A stretch of 64,000 bases of DNA from Selaginella moellendorffii (taxonomy: Eukaryota > Plantae > Lycopodiophyta), in the NCBI RefSeq assembly GCF_000143415.4, contig NW_003314298.1:124001-188000 (forward strand). The letters are read 5' to 3'. This document shows positions 11,670-25,485 of the stretch, piece by piece (positions within the stretch are counted from its first letter, which is position 1; every line of letters begins with the position of its first letter). The translations under genes were made by a program, and so were the position numbers. The notes beneath the pieces are model-generated. The model ran no database searches, was not told the DNA's origin, and was given only the letters and a program-made list of their open reading frames with translations.

Positions 11670-14600
11670 TCAGCTGATCATTGCTGTTAGATTCTGTGCG
11701 CTCTTGGAGCGACTCCAGTATTCGTGCACGAGGCCGGCAAACAAAGAGTCGCGACGTCTCAGCAGCGTGGAAGGAGAGGCAAACTCTTTCGATGTTCCTG
11801 CACCAACAAACAAACAAAAAAACAATCGCCACACGCATTTACAGCGAAATGGAAGTGGAGGGAGGCCTACCATTGTCCAGGACAAGGACTTTATCGCTGT
11901 CCATGACGCTGGGAATCCTGTGCGCAATGCTGATGACCGTGCTTCCCAAAAACTCCTCTTTGATTATCTTTTGGAGTATCCAGTCAGTGTGAGTGTCAAT
12001 GGATGCTGTTGCCTCGTCAAGAACCAGAATTCTGCTCCTCTTGAGCAGCACCCTCCCCAGGCAAAACAGTTGCCGCTGTCCCATGCTCCAATTCTCACCA
12101 TTTTCAGCGACTGGAAATGGTACTGTCACCTCAAGAAGAAAAGAAAACGGAAAGCATAACAGACCTTGAGCCCCCAGCTTCAACTCGGATTGCTTCACGG
12201 TCTCGGCAAGCTGGCATTTCTCCAGAGCCTGGAAAACACGATCACGACGAGTGAGCGTATTGAAAAGAAGATGCCCACCTCCCATATCTCCTCGTCTTGA
12301 TACATACCAAGCGGATCAATGTTGCTTCTCACCGTGCCTTCAAACAGTGTCGGGTCTTGAGGGATGATACTCAGCCTCGACCGTAAATCGTTTAGAGAAA
12401 TGCTCCTGATATCGATACCATCTATGAAAATGGTGCCTTGGACTGGCTCCACCAGCCTGAAGAGAGCTTGTATGAAGGACGACTTTCCGCTGCCAGTTCT
12501 TCCAACAACACCGAGCTTCTCGCCCCCTTGGACGACGAAAGTTACATCCTTCAAGACGAGGGGCAACCCTGGTCTGTAGCGAAGCTGGCAGAACAAAAGC
12601 CATACAAACCATGTCCTTTCTTTCCCAAGCGAACTAGATATTCTACCTGCAAGCTTTGAACAGCAACGTTGCCACTTTGAGGCCAGCTGACGCCTGGACC
12701 AGCGTCCTTTCCAGCACCTTGTTCCTCCGCTTCGATAGAGCTAAACTGCAAAATCCTTTCCACGGCTACCATGTTCTGTTCAATCTGGCATATGTTGAAG
12801 ATCATGTAGTTAAGGCACCCGCTCAGTGCTAGCCCGTAGGAGAGTGAAAGGCCAACAAATTCTGCAAAGAACGAAGTGTAAGTGTCATAAACAAAAGAGA
12901 AAGCAAAAAAGAAAGAAAACAAAGGATGGGACATGGGAAAAGAATCACGACGAACCGGGATTAACAAAGCTTTTAGGAAGGAGCACCAGGAAGAGAGCGG
13001 AGAAGCAAAGTATTACAATGCCAATGGTCTCAAGTCGGAAACTGAGCCAGTCGTTGGCAGCGCCATTGTGAAAGCTCATACGCACGTTGGTATCGATACG
13101 ATCCATATTGACCCTGGCAAAGCGCTCTTGATGGCCAAAAGCACGGATTGACATCAAGCCAGCTATGGTTTCCTTGAAGTGGTGAATAACGGGAGCGTCT
13201 GTGATAGATTTCAGCCGCGTCAGCTCTCTAGATGTGGCTATAAAGTATCTCTGCAAACAAAATTCATCTCCTGGAAGGTTATCACATAAACAAAACATGC
13301 AGTGGAGTACCTGGTATTTGAAATATATCCATGCCAGAGGAAGAAGCACAAGAAGAAGCTGCCATGTTATCTCGGAAATCACTAAAAACACTCCAATCAG
13401 CTGGAAGCCATTCGCGAGGCTACTACCGTAAAGAAAAGGAAGAGTGAAGTCGACTAGAACTTGATCGGTCGAAGACTGCACGACAAAACAATCAGAAGTC
13501 CTCATCGATTTTGGTGTGAATTAAGAGTACCCGAGTTAAGATTCGTCCCGTCGGAGTAGCGTCAAAGAATGATATCGGGGCCCGAAAAATGCTCCTGAGC
13601 ATCGAGAGGTAGAGCTTCTGAGCGGTGACCAGCCCGCAGTAAGAGATAAGTGTGCTACGCATTAGCACAAAGACCCCACTGCCAAGGGCAAGCAGTGAGT
13701 AAACAAGGATAAACTTGCGAGGCCCGAAGAAAGGCTTGTTCTTATCCGAGGTTGCGTGAGCCAGCCCGAAGTCACTTGCAATCTGTAGGCCTTGCCAGGC
13801 GCTCTGAATCAGCAGAAAGACAATGACGTGAAATCCTCCGAATGCTTGCGTGACATAAGCCCAGTAAACACGCCCGTCCACTCGACCTTTGGCTCTCTCC
13901 TCCTCCTCCACATCTTCCGCTTGAGCCGATTCATCAGCATTGAACTCACAATGAGATATCTGGGAGTCGTCACCAGAATCGAAAGCCCGGCCATTCTCTG
14001 GCCCGGTCATGCCTTGGCCAACGTCAACAAGTTGCAAAGCTTGGTGGTGAGCTTGCACAAGGTCGGAGAAATGGACACCATGCTCGAGCAGCTCCTCGAA
14101 TTTACCCGACTGAACAACTCTGCCTTGCTTCATTACCTGGTACAAAACATCCACCATGAACAAGCAGTCTTCACGAGATTTAGCCTTACCAGGATTAAGT
14201 CCGCCCCGTGCAGAAACTCTATCTGGTGCGTCACCAAAATCACAGTTTTGCTTGACAAGGCACCCCTCACGCAATCCTGCCACGGTTCACAGTTTTAAAC
14301 ACAGGAAACACACAAAGAAGAACAAGAACGTACCATGAAAAGTGCTGTTCCGGTGTGTGCATCCACGGCACTGAAGATGTCGTCAAGCAGATAGACGTCG
14401 GCATCTTGGTACACCGCTCTGGCCAGCTGAATGCGTTGCTTCTGGCCACCACTGAGATTAAATCCTCGCTCGCCAATGACAGTCAAGTCACCAGCCACGA
14501 ACTGAGCAAGATCAGCTTGCAAGCAGCAAACTTGGAGTGTCTGACGGTACCGCTGCAAATTCATCGCGTTCCCAAACAGAATGTTGTCGCGGATCGTTCC

Positions 14601-16805
14601 GTTCTGAATCCAAGGACACTGCGAAACATAGGCCGCTCGTCCACTCACCTTCACCTGGCAGAACAATCGATCGCTCAGATGCAAACCATGCAGAAGAAAA
14701 CCAAAAAACAAACAAAATACCGTTCCAGACACCTTGTCCATCTCCCCGAGAATGCATGCCAAGAAGGACGACTTGCCAGATCCCACAGTTCCAACAACAG
14801 TGACCAGGCTCCCAGCCTCGACCCTGACATCCAACTTGTCCAGGACGGGCTTGTCCCCATCAAAACTCCACTTGAAGGTGGCATTTTCCAGCAGCACCGC
14901 GACGTTGTCAATGCCGGGTGGCCGCCTCTCAACACCAAGAGCGTCAATCTCGTCGCTCACAAGATAGCGCTTGAGCCGAGTGAGAGAAGTAGCTGCCTGG
15001 GAGCCGGCCATTATCACGGACGGGAAAGCTCGCAGTGGATCCTGGAGTATTCTAAACGTTGCAATGGCCGTGAAGACTCGGCCAGCCGTGAGCTCCTTGC
15101 CGACGATCACACACATTCCAAACGTCGCCACCGACACTGCTAGCGGTGACAGCCACAGGAAAAAAATGCTGGTGGCACCGATGTACATAATCTTGGACGC
15201 CCAAACTTGCTCCTTGTCACGGGCCTTCTCGACGAGCTGGAGAAACCAGTCCTGCCAAGCCTGCATCTTGATGATCTTCATGTTGGTGATGGCCTCGTTG
15301 GTCACCTTCATCCGAGCGTCCTTGCAAGCCATGATCTGCTTCCAGTACTTGCGCTGCCGGGACGAGATGAAGAGGCAAAATGCCATCAAGGTGATCATGC
15401 TGGCCAGCCCCGCGACTGTGGACACCCCGACCACCCGGAACAAAATGGCCAGAGCTATGGCGATCTGGATGGGCATGATCCACAGGTTGTGGAGGTTGAG
15501 CACGAAGTTGGCAATCTCTTCCACGTCCACCGACATGTAGTTGACGATCTGTCCCGTGCCGTGCTCCTGGCGGGCCGAGTTCGAGAGACGCAGGCTCTTG
15601 CGAAACACTGCCGCTACCAGCGACGATCTGACTGACAAGCTGAGCTTCCTCGTCCCAAAGTTTCTCTGCCGCTCGGTGAGCTCTTCCACCATCTTTGCAA
15701 CCAACAGCAACGAAACCAGCCCGACTCCTTGGCTCCAGTGACCACCTGGTTTTGACGCGAAGTCGATGAAGCGCTGGATCATCAGAGGTCCGACGTACAT
15801 GACCGACACCTTGAGCAAGTAGAGCAGGCCTGTGAAAGCCAGAGGCCAGCGGCGCGAGTGCATGAGAGCCAAGGCAACCGAGCGATCCGCTTGCTTGGCC
15901 CAGTTAAGCTCGAAGGCATGGCACAGCGTCTCGGCCCTGTCCTCCACCGCGAGCTCGGGAATGTCGTCCGCCTCAAGCGTCCTCGTGCTACCAGTCTTGA
16001 GAAGTGGATCCACCCACAGAAACAAGGCCTTGCTCACGTATCCCGCTCTCGCGTAGCGCGTCACCCTCTCAGGATCTCCAGTGTTACTGCTACCGCCCGC
16101 CAACAATGCTTCCTTCGTGTCAATGGCTTCCACCATCCTCAAGCCAGTAGCTCCTCGAGGAGTGACCAGCAGCAATGCCAAGCTCAGCAGCGCGGTCCCG
16201 GCCGCCGTGAACAAGTCCAGTCCTGGAATGATCCCGGCGCCTTGATCCGGTAGCACGATCCAAGACACGAGGCCGCAGAGAGCGTGGACGGAACCAGACA
16301 TGCAGCTGAGCGCCCACCACGCTCGGAGCACAGCCAAGTGATGAGCCAAGCCATGGCTCTCCTCGTAAGCGAGGAGGAGCAAAGACGTAGCCCATGCCAC
16401 GGCCTGCGTGAGCGGGAAGATGAGCCTGTGGAGGAGGAGGCGATCGCGACCGTGGTGGTAGTAGCGCAGGCAGTTCCAGGCGGTGACGAGTGTGTGAGCA
16501 ACGCCGAGGAGCATGGTGGCGGCCTGGACAAAGGCAAAGGTGCCCGCCTTCCTCACGCTCTTGTTCTTCCTTTCCTTGGCAGCGGCGACGCGGGCGAGAG
16601 CGACGACCAGCCCCGCCCAAGCGATGGAGTGAAGCATCGAGAGCACCATCTCTCTCGCGCATGGGTGAATAACTGTGACATCCAGCCAACCTCCTCCTTG
16701 ATCGCCGCCGCACAACCACGCCACTGCCATACCTGGTGATGCGCTCGCTAAAAACCTAGGAAGGATCATCGCCCAACAGCCAGGGATGATCCAATGTGGA
16801 ACCAT
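11670..16805 (-). CDS. ABCC: ABC transporter C family (MRP), multi-exon
   Basis: TMD0/TMD1; NBD1 [41 protein letters not shown]; TMD2 [19 protein letters not shown]; NBD2 [34 protein letters not shown]. Start could be 16805 or the downstream [11 protein letters not shown]. Confidence 0.95.
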
Positions 16806-16960
16806 CTTTCTCTGACAGCTTCCACTCAAGAGAAAGCATCTTGGTGTCATAAGTATTATCAAACTCTTAGAACTCAGACAAAATGCTGACACAGTACCTC
16901 TCCCTCTCTCTCTTCCTCACTCTCTTTTTGTAGCGCAGCTTCAAAAGGTCTCTTGGTTTC

Positions 16961-19900
16961 TTACTTGTCCAACAGGCTTTTCAGCTTGTACTCAATCCAC
17001 TCCCGGAATCGCCGTGCTCGGCTCAACGGAAATCTGTGATGCTTTGGCGTTTGCTTCTGGCGTCGGAACAAGTCTTCGGTGTCCAGCACGTATGAAACCT
17101 GTAATGCCAAGGCAAACGATCAGAGAAGCAGCGACCGGCGACGAAAGCTCTACCTTTGAAGTCTTGCAGGATATCTTGTATTCCAGGCCATTGACAACTT
17201 GGACGTTCTTCATTAACTCCCGCTCTACAGTTCTGTGCTTGTTCCTGTAGGCACGACAGAGCGATCAACTAGCAGCCTCAAGCAACAAACGAGAATTATG
17301 ATGCTTGCCTGCACAGGAAGACATTTTGGCCGTCTTTGACGCCTTGCTCCAGCTGGAGGAAATCGCCGAGGTAGTTCGAGAAAGTAGCTTCCATGGCGCA
17401 GGCGGGAGCATCCAGTTTTTCAAGTCCCCAATCCATCAACTGGATTGACAGGTCCGACGAGCTTACTCTCTGAAATCAAGGCACACACGTTACGATTGCA
17501 TGAACAAACCATTTAAACTAGATATGCTTACAAACTGGTACTTGTACATGGTCTCATCGTGGAGGAGCACGCAGGCGTTGGCATGGTAGAGGTGGTCAAT
17601 AAATCCAGCGGTCCCACGAGATTTTTCGTAAGCGTATAGGGACAGAAGCTTGTTTGCAGTCTCGTCCGCTACAATTGCTTGAAGCTGCAAAACCGGGGCG
17701 TAGGCGTCAGCAAGAGCTCCTAGTGCTACTCGTGCTTACCTGTTTCACGAGCCGAAATATGAGCTTGTCCAACGTAAACAAAACGTAGGATTGCGTTCCA
17801 ATTATCGATCTGCACTCGTCTTCGTACTTGTTGTTGTCAGCAGACCCATCCAAAAGACTATACAACACCCGCACAAACCTGGAAATCATTCGTGACGATC
17901 AGCAAAAAAACAGCATAAGCAAGACACTTACTTTTCATACAAGTTTGGAGGATCGGTTTCTTTAACCAGCTTCCACTTCTGCTCGGCTGCGGCAGCGTTT
18001 GTCTTTGCGGACTGTATTCGCTCGTAGAAAGCCTGCAAAAGAATGATAAAAGAAACCAAGAAAATAGCTTGGCAAATAGATACCTGATGCAGTCTAAACA
18101 AGATGTAAAACATGTCGTTGCCATAGAACAGGCAGCTGTCCAGCGAATCCATGCAGCAAGTATAATGAGCCGCCAAAGGCTTGCAAAACATGGAGGATCT
18201 ATCTGGAGCTTCTCCATCGTCTGCGTCAGCCATGCCTTCACCGTCAAAATCACTTTCAGCCTTCTCTTCATGGTCATCATCTCCCTCTTCGTCTTCATCC
18301 TCGTGATCTTCGTGCTCCTCGCGCGAAGCATCATCTGGATCGCCTGACTCGCTACCTGAGACCTCGCCAGCCTCCGATCCATTCTCGCTGTCTTCGCTTG
18401 ACTTGTGAGCACTTTCGTCACCTTCGTCATCTGCTTCTGCATCCTGCTCGGCATCTCCTTCAGCTTCGTCATAATCAGCCCGCTTTGATACCAAGTCCTT
18501 TACAAGCCGGTCCTTCGACCCCTGCTCTGCTGTGAAGGTTTGCCTCGCATCCAAGTCTGGAGAAGGTGAAAGTTCGCCTTCCTCCTTCTCGCCCCTCCTG
18601 TGGCGATCCTTCCTGGACTCTGGACCCTGCCGAGATTAAATGTTAGTTACGTCAGACACAGCTAAATGAGCAACTTACATCTAGTCTTTGCGTGGTATGA
18701 GTTTCGGGCCCTGGAAGGAGAGAGCAGATAAGTCAAAGTAAAGAACAAAGGAAGAAAGTTACCGTCTATCGAAGCATCCTTCTTGGAAAAGCCGGTCTTC
18801 GAAAAGCCAAGGTGGTGGTCGGCCTTAGTGTTACTCTCTGTGACGTCCAGAATTCCCCGCTTCTTTTCACCGTGGACAGCTCTGCTGGATGCACTGGTAA
18901 ATTCATCAGCTTTCAGTGCCTGACTGGGGGCAGTGTCCGGGTTTCCACTACCAGTACTATCGCCGGAACTGGATCTCCGTTCCTTCGAAGGTTGGAGGGT
19001 AGCTTCTTCTGCATCTTCTGTACCACGGATCCTTGACGGCACGCCAAACATGGATTCCAGGAAACTTGTCCAAACACGCATAATCTTGTTGGATTGTTCC
19101 ATCGAGCTGCATACCTCATCAGCCGAGTATTTCATAATCTCAAAGAGATCGTTGTGAATGGAAGGATCGGAGTATTCAAACTTCAAGTGCGGGGTTAAGA
19201 GCCTTCGGTTTCCCGTTAGTGTCGCAATAATAGAGTCGTCTTCCTTCCTCTTCCGCGCATGAACATCTTTGATCTCGCCAAAAAGCGCTGCATACACAAT
19301 TACAAGATATATAGGGAATTCTACCAGGCAACTTTACAGGGTACCTTTTGCGCTTAAGCTCTTTCGATCCTGTTGCTTAAAGTAAAAGCTCCGGTGGTCA
19401 AGGGATTTATGATAGTTTTTGGAATAAACTTCGGCCCAGACTTTGTTCATATCAGAGCGGCACTTAGACCATTCCTCCTGCTTTTGCTTTAGTCGGCTGT
19501 GGACGACAGGCAGCACAACGGATGGACTTTTACGCATCAAATCAATGATATCGAGGCCATGGTCACCATAAATCCTTTCAATACAACGAAGATCGATAAC
19601 TGGACGACAAAATAAAAAAAATGGTCAGAACTTATTTCGTTAGAATAGAGGATTATTACCAGACAAGTGATCATCGATGCGAGTTTGAGATTCCATGCTG
19701 GCATCCTGAAGCTTTTCAACAATCTCTTCAACATGCTTTGCCGTGGCTACCGTTGATTCCAGCAACATATCCAGCTCAAACCTGGCACCTGCTAGTTAAA
19801 GAGTATGCACTATAAAAGTCTGAGTTTACCTGTCATCCTCACAGCGAAATAAGCTTTCTTCATACTGGTTTCTTCGCATATGTTTGAAAGAATAATCCTC

Positions 19901-22075
19901 GCTGCCAGATGTAACAGAGACCCAGCTATCATTGAGAACAGATTTCGCCAGCTCAGTACGGTGACTTGACAAGAGACGAGGATACTGTAAAGGTTAAGGA
20001 ATGTCAAGTGTTAGCATCCACGACCACAAGTAACTTACATTCTTTGGGAGTAAACGATAGCTCGGAGTGCACCGCTCACAGCTTGATAGATCGAGTTCCG
20101 ATATAGGCTTGGTCATGTATTTCTCCTTGTTGGCATGTAGGGACGACTTGTGATCTTTGGCTCGTTCCTTTTCACGGTCTCGGTCTCTCTCCCTGTCCCT
20201 GTCTCTATCCCTATCCTTCTCCTTTTCCCTTTCCTTGTCTTTGTCTTTCTCCCGCTCCTTTCCTCTATCATGATCCCTGTCTTTGTCTCTTTCGGGTTTG
20301 CTAGCCTTCAATTGGCCATCAGAGTCCATTTCTACGCGAAAGTGGTAAGAAAAAACACCACAAAAAAAATGATAACATGCACTCACCGGCATTTGCACAT
20401 CGAATAACCAGTTCGTTGAAGCCGTCCAGTAGCTCCGGATACTTGCCCAAAATGTCCGAAACCTGGAGACTCGGGGGTCAGGACCAGAATGCAAACCGTC
20501 ATTCAGATTCATACCAGTGACTGCAATTCCGCTCGGCTGATAATGTGTTCGTTATAAAGGTTGAGAACCTTGAGCAATCCTTGGTACGAGTCGCGATTAC
20601 GGAGTTTTCCTTTCACCTTCTCAAAGAAAGCGTAATCTCTTTGCAAGCTTGCACCTGCAGAAACGAGGCAGTCAGAGGATGCAGAAACGAACCTCCAAGC
20701 CGCATGCATATATACGCCTAAAACCCATGCAACTTCCCTCGGACAGAACGCTTTTTGGCACTTTCCAATCCGCTAAAAAGACCAAAACTTACTTATGATG
20801 TCCTCCATGAAAGTAGAAGCAGTAGGCCAGAACAATCCATCCCCACCTTCTCCATTTTGAGACTGTTTGCGGATAAGTTCGTCTGCCCGACGTGCTGATT
20901 TGCGCTTGTGACGGGCTCCGTCCATGTCCGCCTCTCGATCATATTCTTCTCTCTCCTTTTCCTTGTCCCGCTCCTTTTCGGCTTTCCTGCGTTCTTTATC
21001 CGATCTTGCTGCACGATCTTGATCGCGATCCAGCAGCTTCTCTTTCTGCACAAGAATTTTCTTCTGCATGAGCCAAATAAGCTTTAACAAAGTACCTTAA
21101 ACATCCTTTCAGATTGAGAAGGTTTCGCCGATGCTCCAGATTTCTCATCTTTACGAAGATGTGAGCTCGACTTTAAACTCGAGTTTGCAGATTCCGGAAG
21201 AAAGCAGGTGAATTCGTCAAGCAGATCAGGGTGATGGCCAAACAAGGAAGCAACCTGCACGTGTTGAAAATCTCGAATGTTTCAAGAATAAAAGAGGGAA
21301 AAAAAAAACACAAACCTCTTGATAAACCTCAGTGATAGATTTAGATCCCTTTCGAAATTTGTTAAGAATCTCTAAAAACGCTTTGTACACTTGTTCGTTG
21401 TCTTGGAAACGATTCTGTGATCAAGCACAAAATGAACAAGAATTAAAACAAAAAGCCGCTGGAATTTAAAAAAGAAAGCAAAATGCAAAAACCTTGATTT
21501 TGTTGACAAAATTGATAGCCTGGTTGAACTCCACAGGCTGTTTTTTGGGAGCTTCCCTTGGCGATTCATCGAGAACGATTTCATAGCCTCTCGGCAAGAA
21601 TGCATTGAAGCCAATAATCAGTTTGTTGTGGCCCTTGAAAAGCTCTTTCACTTTCCCAATGACCCCGTTAGTATCGATCCTGAAAAGCAACAAAAAAAAA
21701 AATTGAAAAAAAAAAAAAAAACCACAAGCAAAGAGAATTGAGCATTCCATTCTATATAATCTAATCTCACGTACCTCTGAGCTTTGAAGTCCTTCATAAC
21801 TTCTAAAAACTCGGAGTACTTATCGTTATCGTCTTTGAATCTTTCCTTCACCGCTTTGAGGTATTGCAACGCATCGTCTGGTGTTAAACGAGGATGTTGA
21901 TCCGAGCTGCGACCACCCAAACAAGAACATCGATCCAAGAAGAAAAAGGAAGGAAGGAAAAAAGAAAAGAAAAAGAAAAAACCAAAGAAGAACAGTAAGA
22001 AACTCACGGTTCTCCTCCTCCTGATGGGCGCTTGAGCTGCGGCCCCATGTTGCTCTCCTCTCGGGCACGCTTCAT
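16961..22075 (-). CDS. SNL: SIN3-like paired amphipathic helix co-repressor, multi-exon
   Basis: MKRARE start; PAH1 [22 protein letters not shown]; PAH2 [14 protein letters not shown]; HDAC-interaction [26 protein letters not shown]; C-terminal [36 protein letters not shown]; stop at 16961-16963. Confidence 0.95.
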
Positions 22076-22568
22076 GCTGGATTGCTAGCGAGGAGGAGCA
22101 AATACCTGCGCTTGCGGAGCATGTTCTATGGGGCAGTTAGGGAGCGTGAGCTAGAGCGCAATGGCAGGAGAAAGAATTAATCCGCCGAGATTTGGAATGC
22201 ATCCGGCCGATGCCGGCGACGCATCAAGCCCGGAAATCGATCAATCTGTGGGGGAAATGGGGGAAAGAAGCAAGGGAAAAGCGCAAGAAAAGGATCGGGG
22301 AAGCGAAGAATTGCGGCGGCGCCTCCGGAGCTGCGCGTCGCCACTGCTCCAGCGCCAGATCCAAGCCCCCGCACGACCTAAATCCCAAGACGGACAAGAA
22401 CCATCCCCCTCTTCTCTCTGCGTGTGGTGTGTGTTTTGGGAGTTTAGCGAGAAAGAGAGAGACGAGAGACCCAAAAATTCGTACTTGACAATGCCGTACT
22501 ATAGTGTTACCTAGGGTTCCTTGCTCCCTCCAGGTTGTGACGTGACGAGGGAGACGATCTCGGTGGCG

Positions 22569-25362
22569 ATGGCAATGGCGTTTCTTCTTCTCGCCCTGGC
22601 GCTGCTCGGCATATCGATCGTCACGCGAGGTGAGAGCTCTTGGAAGTAGCTGCATTCTCTCATCTCTTGTTCTTAGGCAATGGCGCGCTAGAATCGGTGC
22701 CCGACCTGGAGAGAGCTATGTACAGAGTCATACAAGGCTCACCGTGTGTGCGTTTGTTGAGCATGCAGGGAGAATCCGGCTGTGCCAGTGAGGTTTTTTT
22801 CGAGCTCTTTTGTTCTTGTCACCAATCTGGCTGTGCTTTGAAGATCCGGGAAGAGATAAAATCGTTGCTCCATTACAGCGGCTCACGAAGCTCGAGTTCA
22901 AAACCAAAGGAGCAGTGGCGGTGCTCTTGCCATACTCTCTCTTTCACTCGTTTCTAGACAAGTAAGTAGAGATGCATATGATGCGGAAGGAGAAATAAGT
23001 GTCTTTCTGTTTGTTCTAGGACGTTACACGATCCTTCTTTTGCAGCGCAAGTAGCAGGTGTTTTAGTAGAGTTTGCGGACAATGCGAATCGGAGTGTGAA
23101 CTCAAACCCCGGTACTGTGTCAAATTCTCTACTCTTCTATGCTTGTTCTTACGCTTTCTTTCTTTTTTCTTTTTCTCACAAACTAGACTCAAAGTTCCCG
23201 CTGGCAGAATTCGCTCCTTACAGTAACAAGACATACCAATGGAATCCATTGGTAAGTTTTTTGCTATGAAACCACGCAACTGCAAATATCTCACTCTTCT
23301 GTTTTAGGGGACAGATGTTCTCCAAAAACGTTACAACTTTCCAGTATATCTTCTTTCCCCAGAAAGCACCAGAGGTTTACGAGAGGTACGTTTTAACGGA
23401 AAATTTTTGAACGACAACTACATTACGAGGTTCATGGTGCTGATTTAGATTGCAGCCGAGAACGAAGCAAGGAATGCCAAATACCCCCTCCAAGTGGCTG
23501 AATTCGATGTGGTCATGCAGGTCTGCCATAATCACTCACGGATGTTGCTTACAGTACATGAGACATACAGACCACCAAATCGGGAACGCACACGTCGGAG
23601 TCATGTCTAAAAGAAGGTTCTTGTTTGCCTCTTGGAGGGTACAGGTATCGTGTGCTTCAATTGTTTGCCGTCAAGCATCTGTTTGGTGATTTATCTGCAG
23701 CATCTTGTCGTCATTCTCTTCAATAACCTCGAAGCCAACTCTGCTCGTATTGGCAGCCATGGACTCCATTTCTTTCTTTCGGGACTTCACACCAGGAGCT
23801 GATTCTCCTCTTTCTGTGCGTTTCCTTTTCTCTCGTTTCTCATTTCCTGACACTGTTGTTTGCAGGGCTTGATCTCTCTTCTTGTGGCTGTCGATGCTCT
23901 GTCAAAGGCCGACGGGATTCACAATGCCACCAAACAGGTGATAAGTTTTTTACGAGATTCGTTTTTGTTTTCTATCTTCTGCTCCGTAATAGGTGGTTTT
24001 TCTAGTATGTAATGGTGAGGCCTGGGGCTATCTTGGCAGTCGGAGATTTCTCTTTGAGCTTGAATATGGAGGGGGCTCAGCTTTCGGTTTCAACATGTCA
24101 CATATTGATCAGGTCCATTTTTTTTTTCTGGTTCGTGGCAAAAGATTAGTTTATTTATTTAAACAGATTTTAGAGATCGGATCTGTGGGGCAAGCGGTGG
24201 AGAATACATTTTACGGCCACGTTCAAGATAAGCACGTAGGTCCGCACTCAACTTCTCCTGCTTCTTTGATCTTATCCAGTAAAATTTACAGGCCTCTGCT
24301 TCGACCAAGGAGATTGTAGCTAGTCTTAAACGCTCGGCTGAAAGTGTTAACGCTCAAATCACAACTGCAAGCAGTGAAAACCCCGGGATACCTCCCTCGT
24401 CTATGATGTCATTTGTACAGAAGGTGGGCCAATTGCTTGTTTGTGCCAGCGTCTAAACAATGTTCTCCAGAGTGACTCCCTCACTGGAGTGCTTCTCGAG
24501 GAGTTCGATACTAGCTTCAAGAACAAGTTTTATCATAGTCTTTTTGATAATGCTGGTGAGTATAATGGAGCTGTACATTTAATTGTGATCGTCAACAACC
24601 TGTGTTGTCCCTCTGCAGACAATTTGAATCCCGAGTCTATTGTAGCTGCATCCTCCATCGTGGCTCGAGCTATATATCAGCTCGCGATGGGTGATAGCTC
24701 CGCTAAACTTGACTCCGTTGCTGTCAACAGTTCGCTGGTCAAGGATCTCATCAGCTGCCTTTTGACGCCAGATCCAGGAATGAATTGTCCGCTGGTGACG
24801 GGCTTCATCACGCCAGCTCAACCGGTTCCAAACCACTACGTGGGTGTTGTCACCGGAGCTCCATCTCCTACGCCTTCCGATGATCTCCTTGACGACACCA
24901 CCAGATTCATCTGGAACTTTTTAGCTGATCGCACAAGGAGGCTCGACGCCGGTGAGTGTTCGAAGGACTGTAAGGGGCAGGACCAAGTCTGCGTTGGTGC
25001 GACTGGACAAGGCAGAGGTTCCTGCGTGGTCTCTACAACCAGGTCAAGTTTCTCCCGCTAAATCTATTTTGCCAAACTCGGAACTTCAAACTTGCAGGTA
25101 CGTACCGGCATACTCGACTCGTTTGCGCTACAAATCTGGCAACTGGGAGCTCCTTCCCGTGGGAAGCGGCGACTTTATGGACAGCATCGATCCTGTGTGG
25201 ACGGAGAGCTTTTGGAAGAGCTTGACACTGCGAGTGTACCAGCAAGAGAGGCCCTCCCTCAATGGAATGCTCCTGCTGGCTGGCTGCAGCGTCACTGTAG
25301 CGTCGGCAGTCTCCATTTTGGCAACTCGGGCGCTCTTCCGGAAGCGACTCAAGAGCGCATGA
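22569..25362 (+). CDS. NCT: Nicastrin (gamma-secretase subunit), multi-exon
   Basis: Signal peptide MAMAFLLLALALLG; ESVPDLE..PCVRLL; AAMDSISFFRDFTPGADSP; GEAWGYLGSRRFL; PGIPPSS; YVPAYSTRL; DPVWTESFW; C-terminal TM helix and basic tail. Confidence 0.93.
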
Positions 25363-25485
25363 GCTGTACGTGAGCCGAGAAGGTCAAAGCTCTCCGTCCG
25401 TGGTTTAGTCCAGTGAGCTAAGCAAATTTCCTTCGTTTCCGCTGACTGACAAAGCGTGAGAGAGGTCTTTCTCGTCCCAGGTATT

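Noticed and set aside
20150-20300. Purine-rich repeat encoding DRDRERE
   Set aside because: In-frame low-complexity linker of the SIN3-like protein.
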